Below the pieces are notes generated by a model. It was not told where the DNA came from and made no database searches. It saw nothing but the letters and a program-made list of their open reading frames with translations. From positions 96,001 through 160,000 of the forward strand of contig JBCCHT010000012.1 of assembly GCA_039028615.1 (NCBI GenBank): a stretch of DNA of 64,000 bases. The letters are read 5' to 3'. Shown here piece after piece: positions 29,627 through 39,460 of this stretch. This stretch comes from Myxococcota bacterium (GTDB taxonomy: Bacteria > Myxococcota_A > Polyangia > Nannocystales > Nannocystaceae). Each line of letters begins with the position of its first letter. The stretch's first letter is position 1. The translations under genes were made by a program, and so were the position numbers.

Positions 29627-30361
29627 CTAGAACCGGTACTCGACGGTCAGCGGCATGACCTCGAAACCGAGGAGGAATGCGCCGCTGCGCTCCTCCGCGC
29701 CGGCCAGCTGGGCGTCGGTGTGAATGAGGAACCCGAAGGGAATGTTGAAGTCCATGCCCACGCCGAGCTGGTCGAGCACGAAGATGCGGATACCGCCACC
29801 CGGCCGGAGGTTCAGGGTCCACGAACGGATGCGGCTCTGCTCGCGACCACCCGACACCCGGGGATAGGCCCACCACGCGAAGCCCAGCGAGCCCCGCACG
29901 AAGGGCACCAGCCAGGGTCGGTCCTTGAGCGAGAAGCGGTAGCTGTAGCCGGCGTAGACGTCCCAGCCGACCACGCTACCCGCGGAGCAGCTGAACTCGG
30001 CGGGGTCGCAGGAGTCGAGCCGGAAGTTCTCCCAGTCGCCGCGGTCGACGAGGAAGCTGACCCCGCCGTGGACCCAGTGCTGATAGAGATTGGCCGACAG
30101 CCAGCGGTCGTACTGGAAGCTGAACTTGGCCCGGGGCAGGTAGCCGACGGCCCCGATCTGAAAGGGCGCGACGAAGGTCAGGGCGTTGCCACCCACCACT
30201 CGCTCGGGCCAGTCGAAGTTGCCTCCGCTCGACGAGCCACTCGCACCTCCATTGGTGCTGATCTGTCCGCTGGCGGCGGGAGCAGCCTTCGCATCGCGGG
30301 GCAGAGCCACCACGGTGAGCAGAGCGACGACGAGCGGGGCGAGGAAGCGCAATCCGAACAT
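29627..30361 (-). CDS. outer-membrane beta-barrel protein
   Basis: Signal peptide; amphipathic strands (YAGYSYRF, VPFVRGSLGF, GGGIRIFV); C-terminal aromatic YRF. Confidence 0.7.
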   Translation of the reverse strand: MFGLRFLAPLVVALLTVVALPRDAKAAPAASGQISTNGGASGSSSGGNFDWPERVVGGNALTFVAPFQIGAVGYLPRAKFSFQYDRWLSANLYQHWVHGGVSFLVDRGDWENFRLDSCDPAEFSCSAGSVVGWDVYAGYSYRFSLKDRPWLVPFVRGSLGFAWWAYPRVSGGREQSRIRSWTLNLRPGGGIRIFVLDQLGVGMDFNIPFGFLIHTDAQLAGAEERSGAFLLGFEVMPLTVEYRF

Positions 30362-30849
30362 GGGGAGGCCGGCCTTTTCTTTGTGGCACCACTTTGGGTG
30401 CGACGCGATCCTAGCAGCCCGTCCGAGGGCGGCGCGAGCACGCGGGGCGGGTGAGCGTCGAGGCGTGCGATCGAGCCCGGCCCGTGACGACCGACCACGC
30501 CCCGAATTGCCCCGCGTGTGACGACCAGCACGGGCGACGTCGGGCGGGCGGCCTTGGGGTACCTGGCTCCATCTGTCACGCGGGCCGGCCGATCCCGAAC
30601 GACGGTTCGCGGCGCGCTCACGTCGCCGCGATCGAACTCGACCGCGACGGCACCACCGAGCACCGCCCCGTCGCTGGGCACGGAAGCGACGCGACGATGC
30701 ACTCACCGCTCAACCCCTCGAAACTGCTGTGCCCAGGTTGCTACGAGGAACGCGAGGCACCGCGCGCAGGGGGCTGCCTCACGGAGGGTGGGGGTGCACG
30801 GGCGGGCCTTGTGCCTCGACGGCCCCGCCGGCTGTGGTAGAGCCGGGTC

Positions 30850-32040
30850 ATGGCACTCGAGGCGACGCCCTACCTGTTGTCCATCGATCACCTGCTCACC
30901 GAGGAAGAGCGCCTCGTCTGGGAGTCGGCTCGCGACTTTGGTCGACGACGCATCGCCCCCTCCATCGAGAAGCACTACGAGGACGCCACCTTCCCGCGCG
31001 AGCTGATCCCCGAGTTCGCCGAGATGGGCTTTTTGGGCGCGCCCTACACCGGCTATGGCTGTGCCGGCATGAGCCCCGTCGCCTACGGGCTGACCATGGT
31101 CGAGCTCGAGCGCCAGGACAGCGGCATCCGCTCGTTCTGCTCCGTCCAGACCGCGCTGGCGATGTACCCGATCTACGCCTACGGCACCGAGGCCCAAAAA
31201 GAGCGCTTCCTGCCGGGCATGGCCAAGGGCGAGCTCATCGGCTGCTTCGGCCTCACCGAGCCCAACGCGGGCAGCGACCCCGGCTCGATGGTCACCCACG
31301 CCAAGCAGGACGGGCCCGACGGCGACTACATCCTCAACGGGGCCAAGTTCTGGATCACCAACAGCCCCATCGCCGACCTGGCCATCGTGTGGGCCAAGAC
31401 CCTCGACCACGGCTCCGAGGCCCCGGTCATCCGCGGCTTCATCGTCGAGCGCAACATGAAGGGCGTGTCGACCCCGGAGACCAAGGGCAAGCTGAGCATG
31501 CGGGCCTCGATCACCGGTGAGATCGTCCTCGACGAGGTGCGCGTGCCCAAGGAGAACCTCCTGCCGGGCGTGTCGGGTCTCAAGGGCCCGCTGTCGTGCC
31601 TCACCCAGGCCCGCTACGGCATCGGCTGGGGCGTGCTCGGAGCGGCCATGGACGTGTACGAGCGCGCGCGCCAGTACACCATCGACCGCGTGCAGTTCGA
31701 CCGCCCCCTGGCCAGCTTCCAGCTCACCCAGCGCAAGCTCGTCGAGTTGCACAACGAGATCGGCAAGGGCCTGTTGCTCGCCATGCACTTCGGTCGGCTC
31801 AAGGAGCAGGGCAAGCTCACCCCGCTGCAGGTCTCCTATCTCAAGCGCGACAACGTGCGCATGGCTCTCGAAGCCGCCCGCACCGCTCGAGCCATGCTCG
31901 GTGGAAACGGGATCATGGGCGAGTTCCACATCATGCGGCACATGTGCAATCTCGAGACGGTCTTCACCTACGAGGGCACGCACGAGGTGCACACGCTGGC
32001 CATCGGCCGCGCGTTGACCGGCTTGGGTGCCTTCGCCTGA
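30850..32040 (+). CDS. acyl-CoA dehydrogenase, glutaryl-CoA dehydrogenase-like
   Basis: GCFGLTEPNAGSDPGSM, LNGAKFWITNSP, CLTQARYGIGWG, LGGNGI and TYEGTHEVH motifs. Confidence 0.88.
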   Translation: MALEATPYLLSIDHLLTEEERLVWESARDFGRRRIAPSIEKHYEDATFPRELIPEFAEMGFLGAPYTGYGCAGMSPVAYGLTMVELERQDSGIRSFCSVQTALAMYPIYAYGTEAQKERFLPGMAKGELIGCFGLTEPNAGSDPGSMVTHAKQDGPDGDYILNGAKFWITNSPIADLAIVWAKTLDHGSEAPVIRGFIVERNMKGVSTPETKGKLSMRASITGEIVLDEVRVPKENLLPGVSGLKGPLSCLTQARYGIGWGVLGAAMDVYERARQYTIDRVQFDRPLASFQLTQRKLVELHNEIGKGLLLAMHFGRLKEQGKLTPLQVSYLKRDNVRMALEAARTARAMLGGNGIMGEFHIMRHMCNLETVFTYEGTHEVHTLAIGRALTGLGAFA

Positions 32041-32238
32041 GCCTCGACCCCTTCGTCCCACCGTCCATGGGGTGATCCAACCCCAGGACGGGTCCCGGGT
32101 TTATTGTCTTGCGCACTATACGCGCAGCGCCTAAACCCCCTTCAATCGCCCCCCTGGCCAGCCCGCGTGGCTCACAGCGTACCGCGCGGCTGTATCTCGC
32201 TACCCGCACGAGAATCCGTTACGCTGCCGATCCCGGTG

Positions 32239-32754
32239 GTGCATCCCGTTCAGAGCGTCATCGAGTCGTTGCAGGCAGCCAGCCGCTGCCCTCGGCTCCA
32301 CGTCAACGCCATGTTCGATGGCGTAGTTTGCCCTGATTTCATCCGCGATCAGTGGCGTGAGCGGCTCATCATCGACCTCGATCCGAGCTATCCGCTGGAC
32401 CTGACCTTCCTCGATGAAGTGCTGTCCGCGGACCTGTCGTTCGGTGGCTACGTGACCCGCTGTACCTTCCCGTACGGGGCCATTTACGTGGTCGCCGATC
32501 GAAGCACGGGGCGCGGCATCGTGCTCGATCAGAACATGCCCGAGTCGGTGAAGCGCAGTCGCTACGGCAAGGGCGACGAAGCCCAGCGACCCACGCTGCG
32601 CACGGTGGGCGGCTCGGACGATCCTTCGGGACCCGCCTCCGAGCCCGACGCCACCCGCAGCACGGACGAGCCGGCCACGGACATCGAGGCGACGGACGAC
32701 AGCCAGGTCAAAAAGCGCCGCGCGGCCTTCAAGGTCATCGACGGCGGCGGCTGA
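32239..32754 (+). CDS. sspB: ClpXP adaptor SspB-like protein
   Basis: LHVNA...GVVCP, LSADLSFGG...FPYGAI; acidic disordered tail ending FKVIDGGG. GTG start uncertain. Confidence 0.7.
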   Translation: MHPVQSVIESLQAASRCPRLHVNAMFDGVVCPDFIRDQWRERLIIDLDPSYPLDLTFLDEVLSADLSFGGYVTRCTFPYGAIYVVADRSTGRGIVLDQNMPESVKRSRYGKGDEAQRPTLRTVGGSDDPSGPASEPDATRSTDEPATDIEATDDSQVKKRRAAFKVIDGGG

Positions 32755-32771
32755 TCCGAGAGGTCGAGACG

Positions 32772-33089
32772 ATGAAGCCGGGCGTGCTTCCGAAGATCCT
32801 GTCCGCCAGCGTGTTCGGACTGACCTTGGCGCTGTTTTCGGTGTGGTGGTTCATGATCCGCGCACCGGGCCCGGCCGAGGTCTGCGAGCACATCCTGCAG
32901 GTCACCCTGCGCGAGGCGTCGGGCCAGGGCCTCAGCCCCGAGAGCCAACAGAAGCTGGTCGAGTCCACGCGCACGCAGTGCATCGAGCACAAGCAGGACA
33001 AGATCCAGCTGCGCGGGCGCATCAAGTACGCCACCTACGCCAAGTGCGTGATGGCGGCCCAAGACTTGCTGACCATCGGCCGCTGCTAA
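32772..33089 (+). CDS. small membrane-anchored protein with four Cys
   Basis: N-terminal TM; VCEHI, QCIE, AKCV and GRC; GAGG RBS. Confidence 0.65.
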   Translation: MKPGVLPKILSASVFGLTLALFSVWWFMIRAPGPAEVCEHILQVTLREASGQGLSPESQQKLVESTRTQCIEHKQDKIQLRGRIKYATYAKCVMAAQDLLTIGRC

Positions 33090-33095
33090 GCTGTC

Positions 33096-33488
33096 GTGGT
33101 GCTCGAGCTGCGGGTCCACGAGAAGGTAGAGCCCACGACCGAGGCGCGGCTTTCGGGCGTGGTCGCCCATCAACATACGCTGCGCGACGTCGTGGCCTGG
33201 ATGGCGGCGGCCGGGGGCACCCCGTCCATCGTGACGATCATCGAGCAGGACGAGTTCACCAGCGATGTCGTCGTCCGCGAGTCCGACGGCGTGTTCCTGG
33301 TCTACGACTGCACCTGACTGGGCGCGGTGACGGCGGTCGCCGTCTGGGCCCACGCTCCCAACGCCGACGAGCTGCTCGACGCGCGCATCAGCGCGGGATG
33401 GCGGCCCGTGCCCACCGCGACCGTCAACGGGCCCGTGATCATGGGCCACGCCGCCACCCGTTGTACGCCGCAGCTCGGCTGCCGCTAG
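33096..33488 (+). CDS. candidate selenoprotein (130 aa, in-frame UGA at 33315-33317 in a C-T-U motif)
   Basis: The 73-aa ORF ends ...FLVYDCT-TGA. The same frame continues for 56 codons (52 of 56 end in G/C) to TAG at 33486-33488, with a SECIS-like hairpin directly 3' of the TGA. Confidence 0.6.
33318..33352 (+). promoter_or_regulatory. putative bacterial SECIS element
   Basis: Lower stem TGGGC/GCCCA, upper stem GACGGC/GCCGTC, apical loop GGTC starting 17 nt after the UGA. Confidence 0.55.
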
Positions 33489-33609
33489 CTGGCCGAAAAG
33501 CGGCGCAGGACAGGGTTCTGCGGGCCTGGCCGCCCAAGGGTCCTTTTTTCGAGATTTTCGTGAACTCGATCGAACGGCCGACAACTACTCCGGCGAAGGG
33601 GTTGTCCGC

Positions 33610-34362
33610 ATGTCTCGTTCTCGCTCGTTGCTGATGCTGCTCGCCATTCCGTTCGCCACCGCCTGCGCCGGGGGGACCCAGAACGAAGGCGCGGGAAGCC
33701 TGTCCGGCGGATACAGCGCGGGCTCGCCCGGCGGGGGCATGACCGACGGCGAGGAGCCCGAGGGCAGCGACACCGACCCCTACCCCACCGCCAACCCGAT
33801 GCCGGCCGAGGGTAGCGGGGATGGAGGCACCGACGGCTGGACCTCGGGGCAGGGAGACGACGGCGCCCCGGAGTGCTGCGAGGTCGCGCCCACCCCCGGC
33901 TGCGGCAGCGAGGTCACCGAGGCCTGTGTCTGCACGTTGATGCCCGCGTGTTGCCAGCAGGTGTGGTCCGCGGACTGTGTCGATCTGGCCGTGGAGTGTG
34001 GCGATCCGTACTGCGTCGAAGGGGGCAGCGACGACGGCGACATGGGCACCACGGGCGGCGACCCGGTCGAGCTGCCCTGCGACGACGCGTTCGACTTCTT
34101 CCCGCTCCACCCCGCCCCCGGCGTCGGCTTCGACGGGATGTTCAGCGACCCCAACGGCCTGACCTGGGTGCACATGCGGGCGGAGGGACCGGGCGGCGTG
34201 ACCATCGACGGCAGCTGGGTCGGAGTGGAAGGCGGCAGCCCCTTCACCTGGACGTGGAGCTTCGCCGGGATGGCGGCCGGGACCTGGACCTTCACCTTCA
34301 CCCATCGGGAGAGTGAAGGCGGACCCGAGCTGGTGCACGGGACATGTCAGAAGCAGTTCTGA
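33610..34362 (+). CDS. Cys-rich lipoprotein
   Basis: Lipobox ATAC; Gly/Ser/Asp linker; CCEV...PGC...CVC...CC...WSADC module. Confidence 0.7.
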   Translation: MSRSRSLLMLLAIPFATACAGGTQNEGAGSLSGGYSAGSPGGGMTDGEEPEGSDTDPYPTANPMPAEGSGDGGTDGWTSGQGDDGAPECCEVAPTPGCGSEVTEACVCTLMPACCQQVWSADCVDLAVECGDPYCVEGGSDDGDMGTTGGDPVELPCDDAFDFFPLHPAPGVGFDGMFSDPNGLTWVHMRAEGPGGVTIDGSWVGVEGGSPFTWTWSFAGMAAGTWTFTFTHRESEGGPELVHGTCQKQF

Positions 34363-34364
34363 GC

Positions 34365-34859
34365 CTAGGGAGGCCCGGCTTCGGTGGTGAGCTCGATGCG
34401 GGTGGCCTCGAAGCGCGAGCCGTCGCGATCGAAGCGCGGCTGCCCCTCGAGGCGGTAGCGAGCGTCGAGGTCGAGCGCCTGGGCTCCGCACGGCGACGGC
34501 GGCGGCACCTCGCCATCGCTCGGCTCGGTGCAGCGGGCGGGCACCTCGATGCCCAGAGGACGAAGCACGACCGTCATCGAGCGCTCATCCTCCGCGTCGA
34601 CGAGCAGCCACGGCCCGGGGCCTTCGGCCTCGTAGCGCAGGCGGGCGAACAACACGATCGTCTCCCCGTTCCAGCGCGCGGGATGGCCGGCCATGTCGTT
34701 GACCCCCAGCGTGGCCGGGGCGGCGGGCGGGACATCGGGAGGCCGGGCGGAGTCCTCGGGTGATGGCTCGACCCGCGTCGGCGTGGGCTCGGGCCCGGCC
34801 GCGCGTGGGCCGGCGCACCCGAACGCCAGCATGCTCGTGGCCAGCGCGATCCGCTTCAT
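34365..34859 (-). CDS. hypothetical lipoprotein
   Basis: MKRIALATSMLAFGC lipobox; ATGA overlap with the upstream gene. Confidence 0.65.
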   Translation of the reverse strand: MKRIALATSMLAFGCAGPRAAGPEPTPTRVEPSPEDSARPPDVPPAAPATLGVNDMAGHPARWNGETIVLFARLRYEAEGPGPWLLVDAEDERSMTVVLRPLGIEVPARCTEPSDGEVPPPSPCGAQALDLDARYRLEGQPRFDRDGSRFEATRIELTTEAGPP

Positions 34860-35824
34860 GGATCGAGCTGCTTCATGCTCACCGACAGACCCATCTGCGT
34901 CTCGGCTTTCTGATGCTGCCCGAGCACCGTCAGGTCCATGACCATCGACATGTCCATCGTCATCGTCATCTCGACGGGCGCGGCCGCGCTCAGGTCGATG
35001 GTGCTCGACCCCTGGCCCGAGGCCCGAAACTCGCTCGCCCGCGCGGTGGACTCGGTCATGCCGGGCGCCTGCACGTTGGGATCGAGCAGCTCCTGCTGAA
35101 CCTGGACGTCGAACATCAGGCGGTCGCCGTCCCGCGACAGCAGGTGGTAGCGGCTCGTCTGGCGCAGCTTCATCCCGCTCTGCTTGATGTCCTCCACCGT
35201 CGTCCACTTCGCGCCCGGCCCCACCGCGGGCTCGGGCAGCGGCACCGACATCTGACCCAGGCTCTGGGTCATCTGCTGCATCATCGTGTGCACGTTGGCG
35301 GGCAGGTCGCGGGGAAGCTCGGCCTCTCCTCCCAGCACCGTGCCCCGGTCGTTCATCTCGATGCGCCCGCGATACTTCATCAGGGGCATCACCGTCTTCT
35401 CCACGTTCTCGACCACCGCAGGGGGGCTGTCTTCGGCCGCGGTGACGATGACGCCCCCGACCGATTGCTCGACGTGAAAGCCCGCGTCGCCCACTTCGGT
35501 GACCTTGCTCTCGAGCGAGACCGCGATCGTCGGGACCGGCAGCTCCACGGACTCTTCGGCCGCCTTCTTCATGGTCATGGTCGTGCCCATGGTGAGCTTC
35601 AGGACCTGGCTTCCCCCCGCCTTCGGGTGCAGCCGCAGCACCGCCCGGGGCTCCGCCCCCGCATCCTCGACCTTCACGGCCGGCGCCTTGCGAGCGGGGA
35701 TGGCGATGGTCTCGACCCCCTTCGCCGCCGTCGCGGCGCCCTCGGCCGCGTCTTCGTTCTTCTTTCCGCACCCGAGGCCGAGTCCGACCACGGCCAGCAT
35801 CATGACGAGAGCCCGCTTGTGCAT
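34856..35824 (-). CDS. lipoprotein with uncharacterised beta-rich domain
   Basis: Lipobox GLGC; PLPEPAVGPGAKW motif; strong coding bias. Confidence 0.75.
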   Translation of the reverse strand: MHKRALVMMLAVVGLGLGCGKKNEDAAEGAATAAKGVETIAIPARKAPAVKVEDAGAEPRAVLRLHPKAGGSQVLKLTMGTTMTMKKAAEESVELPVPTIAVSLESKVTEVGDAGFHVEQSVGGVIVTAAEDSPPAVVENVEKTVMPLMKYRGRIEMNDRGTVLGGEAELPRDLPANVHTMMQQMTQSLGQMSVPLPEPAVGPGAKWTTVEDIKQSGMKLRQTSRYHLLSRDGDRLMFDVQVQQELLDPNVQAPGMTESTARASEFRASGQGSSTIDLSAAAPVEMTMTMDMSMVMDLTVLGQHQKAETQMGLSVSMKQLDP

Positions 35825-35925
35825 GGAGGCTGGACGGTAGCAGGCCCCGTTCCTCCTTCCCCAGCGAAAACCCGAGCGCTCTCGCCCTGGTCTCGTGATC
35901 CACACCTCGCTCCCAATCCACGCCG

Positions 35926-37416
35926 ATGATGATGAGCACGCAATCCTCGCCCCGGTGGGTCGTCACGCTCGCCGCCACGCTGCTGGCCACGGCCCTGCCC
36001 TCCACGAGCGCCGAGGCCTGTCCCTGGGCCTATCCCATCGGCGACTCGGCCGTCAGCCCGGCGCCGCTGTTCAACGGGCACCCGGTCGGCGGCGGCAACC
36101 TCCCCAACTTGGGCGTGCACCTGGGCGCCGACTACTGGAGCGGAGGCGGCTGCACCGACCTCGGGCAGACGGTCTACGCGGTGGCCGACGGGGAGATCGT
36201 GGAGATCGTCGACGGCCTGGGCAGCTACCTCGACGTCGTCGTCATCCGCCACGAAGACGCCTCCGCGGGCACCGTGTACTCGATGTACGGCCACATCTCG
36301 CGCGAGGCCGGCCTGGCGGAGGGACAGCTGGTCGACTACCGCCAGCCCATCGGGTTCATCGACGACGTCCTGGCCTACTTCAGCCCCTGCCACCTGCACT
36401 TCGAGATCCTCAACGAGCAGGCCTACCAGCAGGGGCCCTTTTGCAATGGCTGCGCGGCGGCGGGCTTTCACGTGTCCCCCGGCTACGACCAGCAGGCGGG
36501 CGTCGTGGCGGGCATGGACCCCAGCGGCGACACCTGGCTCGACGTCGACGACGGCATCGCGGACAACCGCTGGTACCACACCGACGCGTTCATCGACGCC
36601 CGCCTCGATGCTACCTGCGGGGAGTGTGGAGACGGGATCTGCGAGGGCAACGAGACCTACGACGAGTGCCCCGCCGATTGCCCTCCCTGTGCCCTGATCC
36701 CTCCCGAAGGCGGCACGCTCGACGAGACGGGCGCGTGCTTCTTCGCGGGCGGGGACCCGACCTACTGGAACGTCGACAACGACACGGGCTTCGAAAGCAG
36801 CCTGCGGTGGACCCACACCACCGACTCCACGATCGTCGACAACTACGGGATCTGGAGCTTGGCCTTCGCCGAAGCGGGGCAGTATCGGCTCGAAGCCTGG
36901 ATCGAGCCGGGCTCCGCCGACACCGAGCTAGCGAGCTACCAGGTGCGGCACGCGGGCGCGATGGACACCGTGGTGGTCGACCAATCCGCGGGGGATGGCT
37001 GGGTCACGCTGGCCGAGTACGAGTTCGCGGCCGAGGGTGACCAGTGGATCCGGCTCGACGACAACACGGGCGAGGCCTTCTCCACGATGACGCGCATCGT
37101 GTTCGATGGCATTCGGCTGACGCGGCTCGATCCGACGCCGGGCGGCAGCGAGTCCGGCGAGCCCCCGCCTGCGACCACCTCGAGCGGCTCGGGTGCGGAC
37201 GAGAGCGGTGCCCCGGCGACGACGGATGACGCGACGGACGAGGGTGGCTCCAATGCCACGGACACCGGCTCCCCGGGCGGAGGAGGCCCGGCCCTACCGG
37301 GTGCGCGCGAGTCCGAGGACTTTGGCTGTACCTGCCACGAAAACCGGAGCGCCCCGCCGTGGTGGGCGTTGCTGCTGCTCCCCGCGTTCCGTCGGCGCCG
37401 CTCCAAGAGGGCCTGA
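35926..37416 (+). CDS. M23 peptidase + golvesin/CBM-like domain + MYXO-CTERM surface protein
   Basis: HLGAD and HLHFE zinc motifs; AGQYRLEAW...VVDQ...WVTL...DGIRL beta-domain; C-terminal GCTC...WWALLLLPAFRRRR. Confidence 0.8.
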   Translation: MMMSTQSSPRWVVTLAATLLATALPSTSAEACPWAYPIGDSAVSPAPLFNGHPVGGGNLPNLGVHLGADYWSGGGCTDLGQTVYAVADGEIVEIVDGLGSYLDVVVIRHEDASAGTVYSMYGHISREAGLAEGQLVDYRQPIGFIDDVLAYFSPCHLHFEILNEQAYQQGPFCNGCAAAGFHVSPGYDQQAGVVAGMDPSGDTWLDVDDGIADNRWYHTDAFIDARLDATCGECGDGICEGNETYDECPADCPPCALIPPEGGTLDETGACFFAGGDPTYWNVDNDTGFESSLRWTHTTDSTIVDNYGIWSLAFAEAGQYRLEAWIEPGSADTELASYQVRHAGAMDTVVVDQSAGDGWVTLAEYEFAAEGDQWIRLDDNTGEAFSTMTRIVFDGIRLTRLDPTPGGSESGEPPPATTSSGSGADESGAPATTDDATDEGGSNATDTGSPGGGGPALPGARESEDFGCTCHENRSAPPWWALLLLPAFRRRRSKRA

Positions 37417-37420
37417 ACGC

Positions 37421-38356
37421 TCAGCGGCGGTAGGGCGGCGGCTGAGCGAAGCCCGGCGCCACGTAGGGCCCCCGGGGGCGAGGCGGCGGCGGAGCCTGGT
37501 ACGTCGGCTGCGTGGTGACGCCTCGCGCCTGCAGCCCGACCATGCTGTCGTAGTACACGGTCACGAACGCATCGGGCCGACGACGACGGTGCCGCTTGAA
37601 TGCCACCTCTTGCACCGAGCTGTGCTGCGTGGCTCCGTAGCCCGTCCCCAGCTGACGCGGCTGCGCACGGGGGGCGAAGTCGCGGCTCTTCGCGGCCGCG
37701 GGCGCATCCTCAGCCGACTCGTCGTGGCTCGTCGCCCCCGCGTCCGGGAACGCACTCGGGGCGCGACGTTGCTCGGTCCCGCGATAGTAGGGCTCGTACA
37801 CGGGAGGCGGAGGCGTGGCCGCCTCCAGCTGCTTGCGGTACCGCCGAGCGCTGCGCCGACTCTCCTTGAACACCGCCACCCCGATCACCCCTGCGTTCTG
37901 TGGCGTGCCCCGCTGCGCGGTGTAGCTGTTTTCGAGGTTGGTGAACTGAAACGCGGCCACGTGATCGAGCGACTGGCGGAATCCATCGACGACGACGGTC
38001 GAGTAGGCCTCGAGCACATAGCCGCGCTGGCGCTTGTAGTTGCCCAGCTCTCCGCTGACCACGTCGCGACCATCCACCGTGACCACCACCTCGAGCCGCT
38101 CGCCGCTGTTGTTGGTCAGCCGCAGGCCGTAGTGCTGCCCCTCGGCGCCCGCGACATAGAGCGACCCGAGATGCATGAACGCAGGCAGCGAGGCACCCCC
38201 CGGCTGCACCACCTCGAGGCTCACCAGCGGATCGGACACGGGCTGCACCGGAGCGGGAGCAAAAGCGCGGCGAGGACGCGCTTGGGCCGGTTCGGCGACG
38301 GCGCCCGCGAGGACCAAGGACGCGAGGGCGATGAGGATCGAGCGGGATGGACGCAT
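37421..38356 (-). CDS. conserved secreted hypothetical protein
   Basis: Signal peptide; YGLRLTNNSGERLEVVVTVDGRDV...DGFRQS...GVIGVAVF...LGTGYG. ATG at 38356. Confidence 0.7.
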   Translation of the reverse strand: MRPSRSILIALASLVLAGAVAEPAQARPRRAFAPAPVQPVSDPLVSLEVVQPGGASLPAFMHLGSLYVAGAEGQHYGLRLTNNSGERLEVVVTVDGRDVVSGELGNYKRQRGYVLEAYSTVVVDGFRQSLDHVAAFQFTNLENSYTAQRGTPQNAGVIGVAVFKESRRSARRYRKQLEAATPPPPVYEPYYRGTEQRRAPSAFPDAGATSHDESAEDAPAAAKSRDFAPRAQPRQLGTGYGATQHSSVQEVAFKRHRRRRPDAFVTVYYDSMVGLQARGVTTQPTYQAPPPPRPRGPYVAPGFAQPPPYRR

Positions 38357-38467
38357 GACGAAGGCTTCCGAAGGTCGTATTCGGCACCGTAGGGCCGATT
38401 CGACGCCCGGAACGCCTCCCCGAGCCCAGCCCTTACAGGGGAGTCCTCGGCATGGCACAACCGCCTC

Positions 38468-39295
38468 GTGCCCCGCTGGACCGAGCGCCGTGGCTTCACC
38501 CTTCGGCTGGCCGATCTCTCGCAGCTCGTGAAGCAACCCGCCGAGGCGCGATACCAAGTGGTGCGCCTGTCGCTGGTCGAGCGCCGCGGGCTGACCGGAG
38601 CGTGGTTCAACGTACGCGAGGCCCGAGCCGAGCTGAGCGACGACGACCGCGACTCGCCGCTGGCCGGGGGTCGAGCCCTGTCGTGGCGATGGCTGCGACA
38701 GATCGAGGCCGAGCGCCTGCTCGACCAGCGCCTTCGAACGCTCCAGGCCCTCGGGTACCACATGGTCGACGCGGCCATGACCGGGCGCGGGCGCTGGGAC
38801 TGGCTCTACGATCTGGTGCGTCGCGGCCTGGAGCCAGCCACCCCCGACACGCCCGAGTCCGCCTCCCCCGGCCAAGCCCTGCACGACGCCCTCGAGCGCA
38901 TCGGGTTGTCGCCCGACGCGATCACCGAGGGGGTCGCCACCGTACTCGAGCTGTCGATCCACGATCTGCGCGAGCCCAGCGCGAGCGTGGTGGCGCGCGT
39001 CGACTCGGAGCAGCTCGGGGTCCTGCTGCCGTTTTTGGTGGAGCACGGACACCCGGAGATCCGGGGCATCGGCGAGAACTGGGTGGCCTGCCCCGGTGCC
39101 GCGTTCCAGCTGTCGCCATCCGCCGTCGAGCAGTGGCTGACCAACCCGGGGCGCATGGGCGACCTGCTCGCCGATCGCGTGCGTGGAGACGGCCTGGCCC
39201 TGCTCGGGCCCGATGCCCTGCTGCGGCTGTCGAAGGCCTCGTCGCGCAGCATGGTGCGGCAGTCGGCCGCGCAGTGGCTCGGCCGACTCGCCTGA
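38468..39295 (+). CDS. hypothetical protein
   Basis: 275-aa ORF with coding-type codon bias filling the gap; no recognised motif; start uncertain. Confidence 0.55.
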   Translation: MPRWTERRGFTLRLADLSQLVKQPAEARYQVVRLSLVERRGLTGAWFNVREARAELSDDDRDSPLAGGRALSWRWLRQIEAERLLDQRLRTLQALGYHMVDAAMTGRGRWDWLYDLVRRGLEPATPDTPESASPGQALHDALERIGLSPDAITEGVATVLELSIHDLREPSASVVARVDSEQLGVLLPFLVEHGHPEIRGIGENWVACPGAAFQLSPSAVEQWLTNPGRMGDLLADRVRGDGLALLGPDALLRLSKASSRSMVRQSAAQWLGRLA

Positions 39296-39460
39296 CCGCG
39301 AACGCTCGGTCGTTCGAGGGCTCGGCCCGTCGAAGCCGAATCTAAACATTTGAAATCATTGAAAAAGTTTGGAAATTCGTTCAACGGGCATGCCCTTGTG
39401 CAGCGCAATCGGTCCCCGCGAGGGTTGCGGCCGCATGGGCTGAGCTACCCTCCGCGTGCC

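Noticed and set aside
28995..29876. 293-aa minus-strand ORF across the AT-rich region upstream of the ilv-leu operon
   Set aside because: No coding bias. It overlaps the promoter, leader and attenuator and the end of the beta-barrel gene in another frame.
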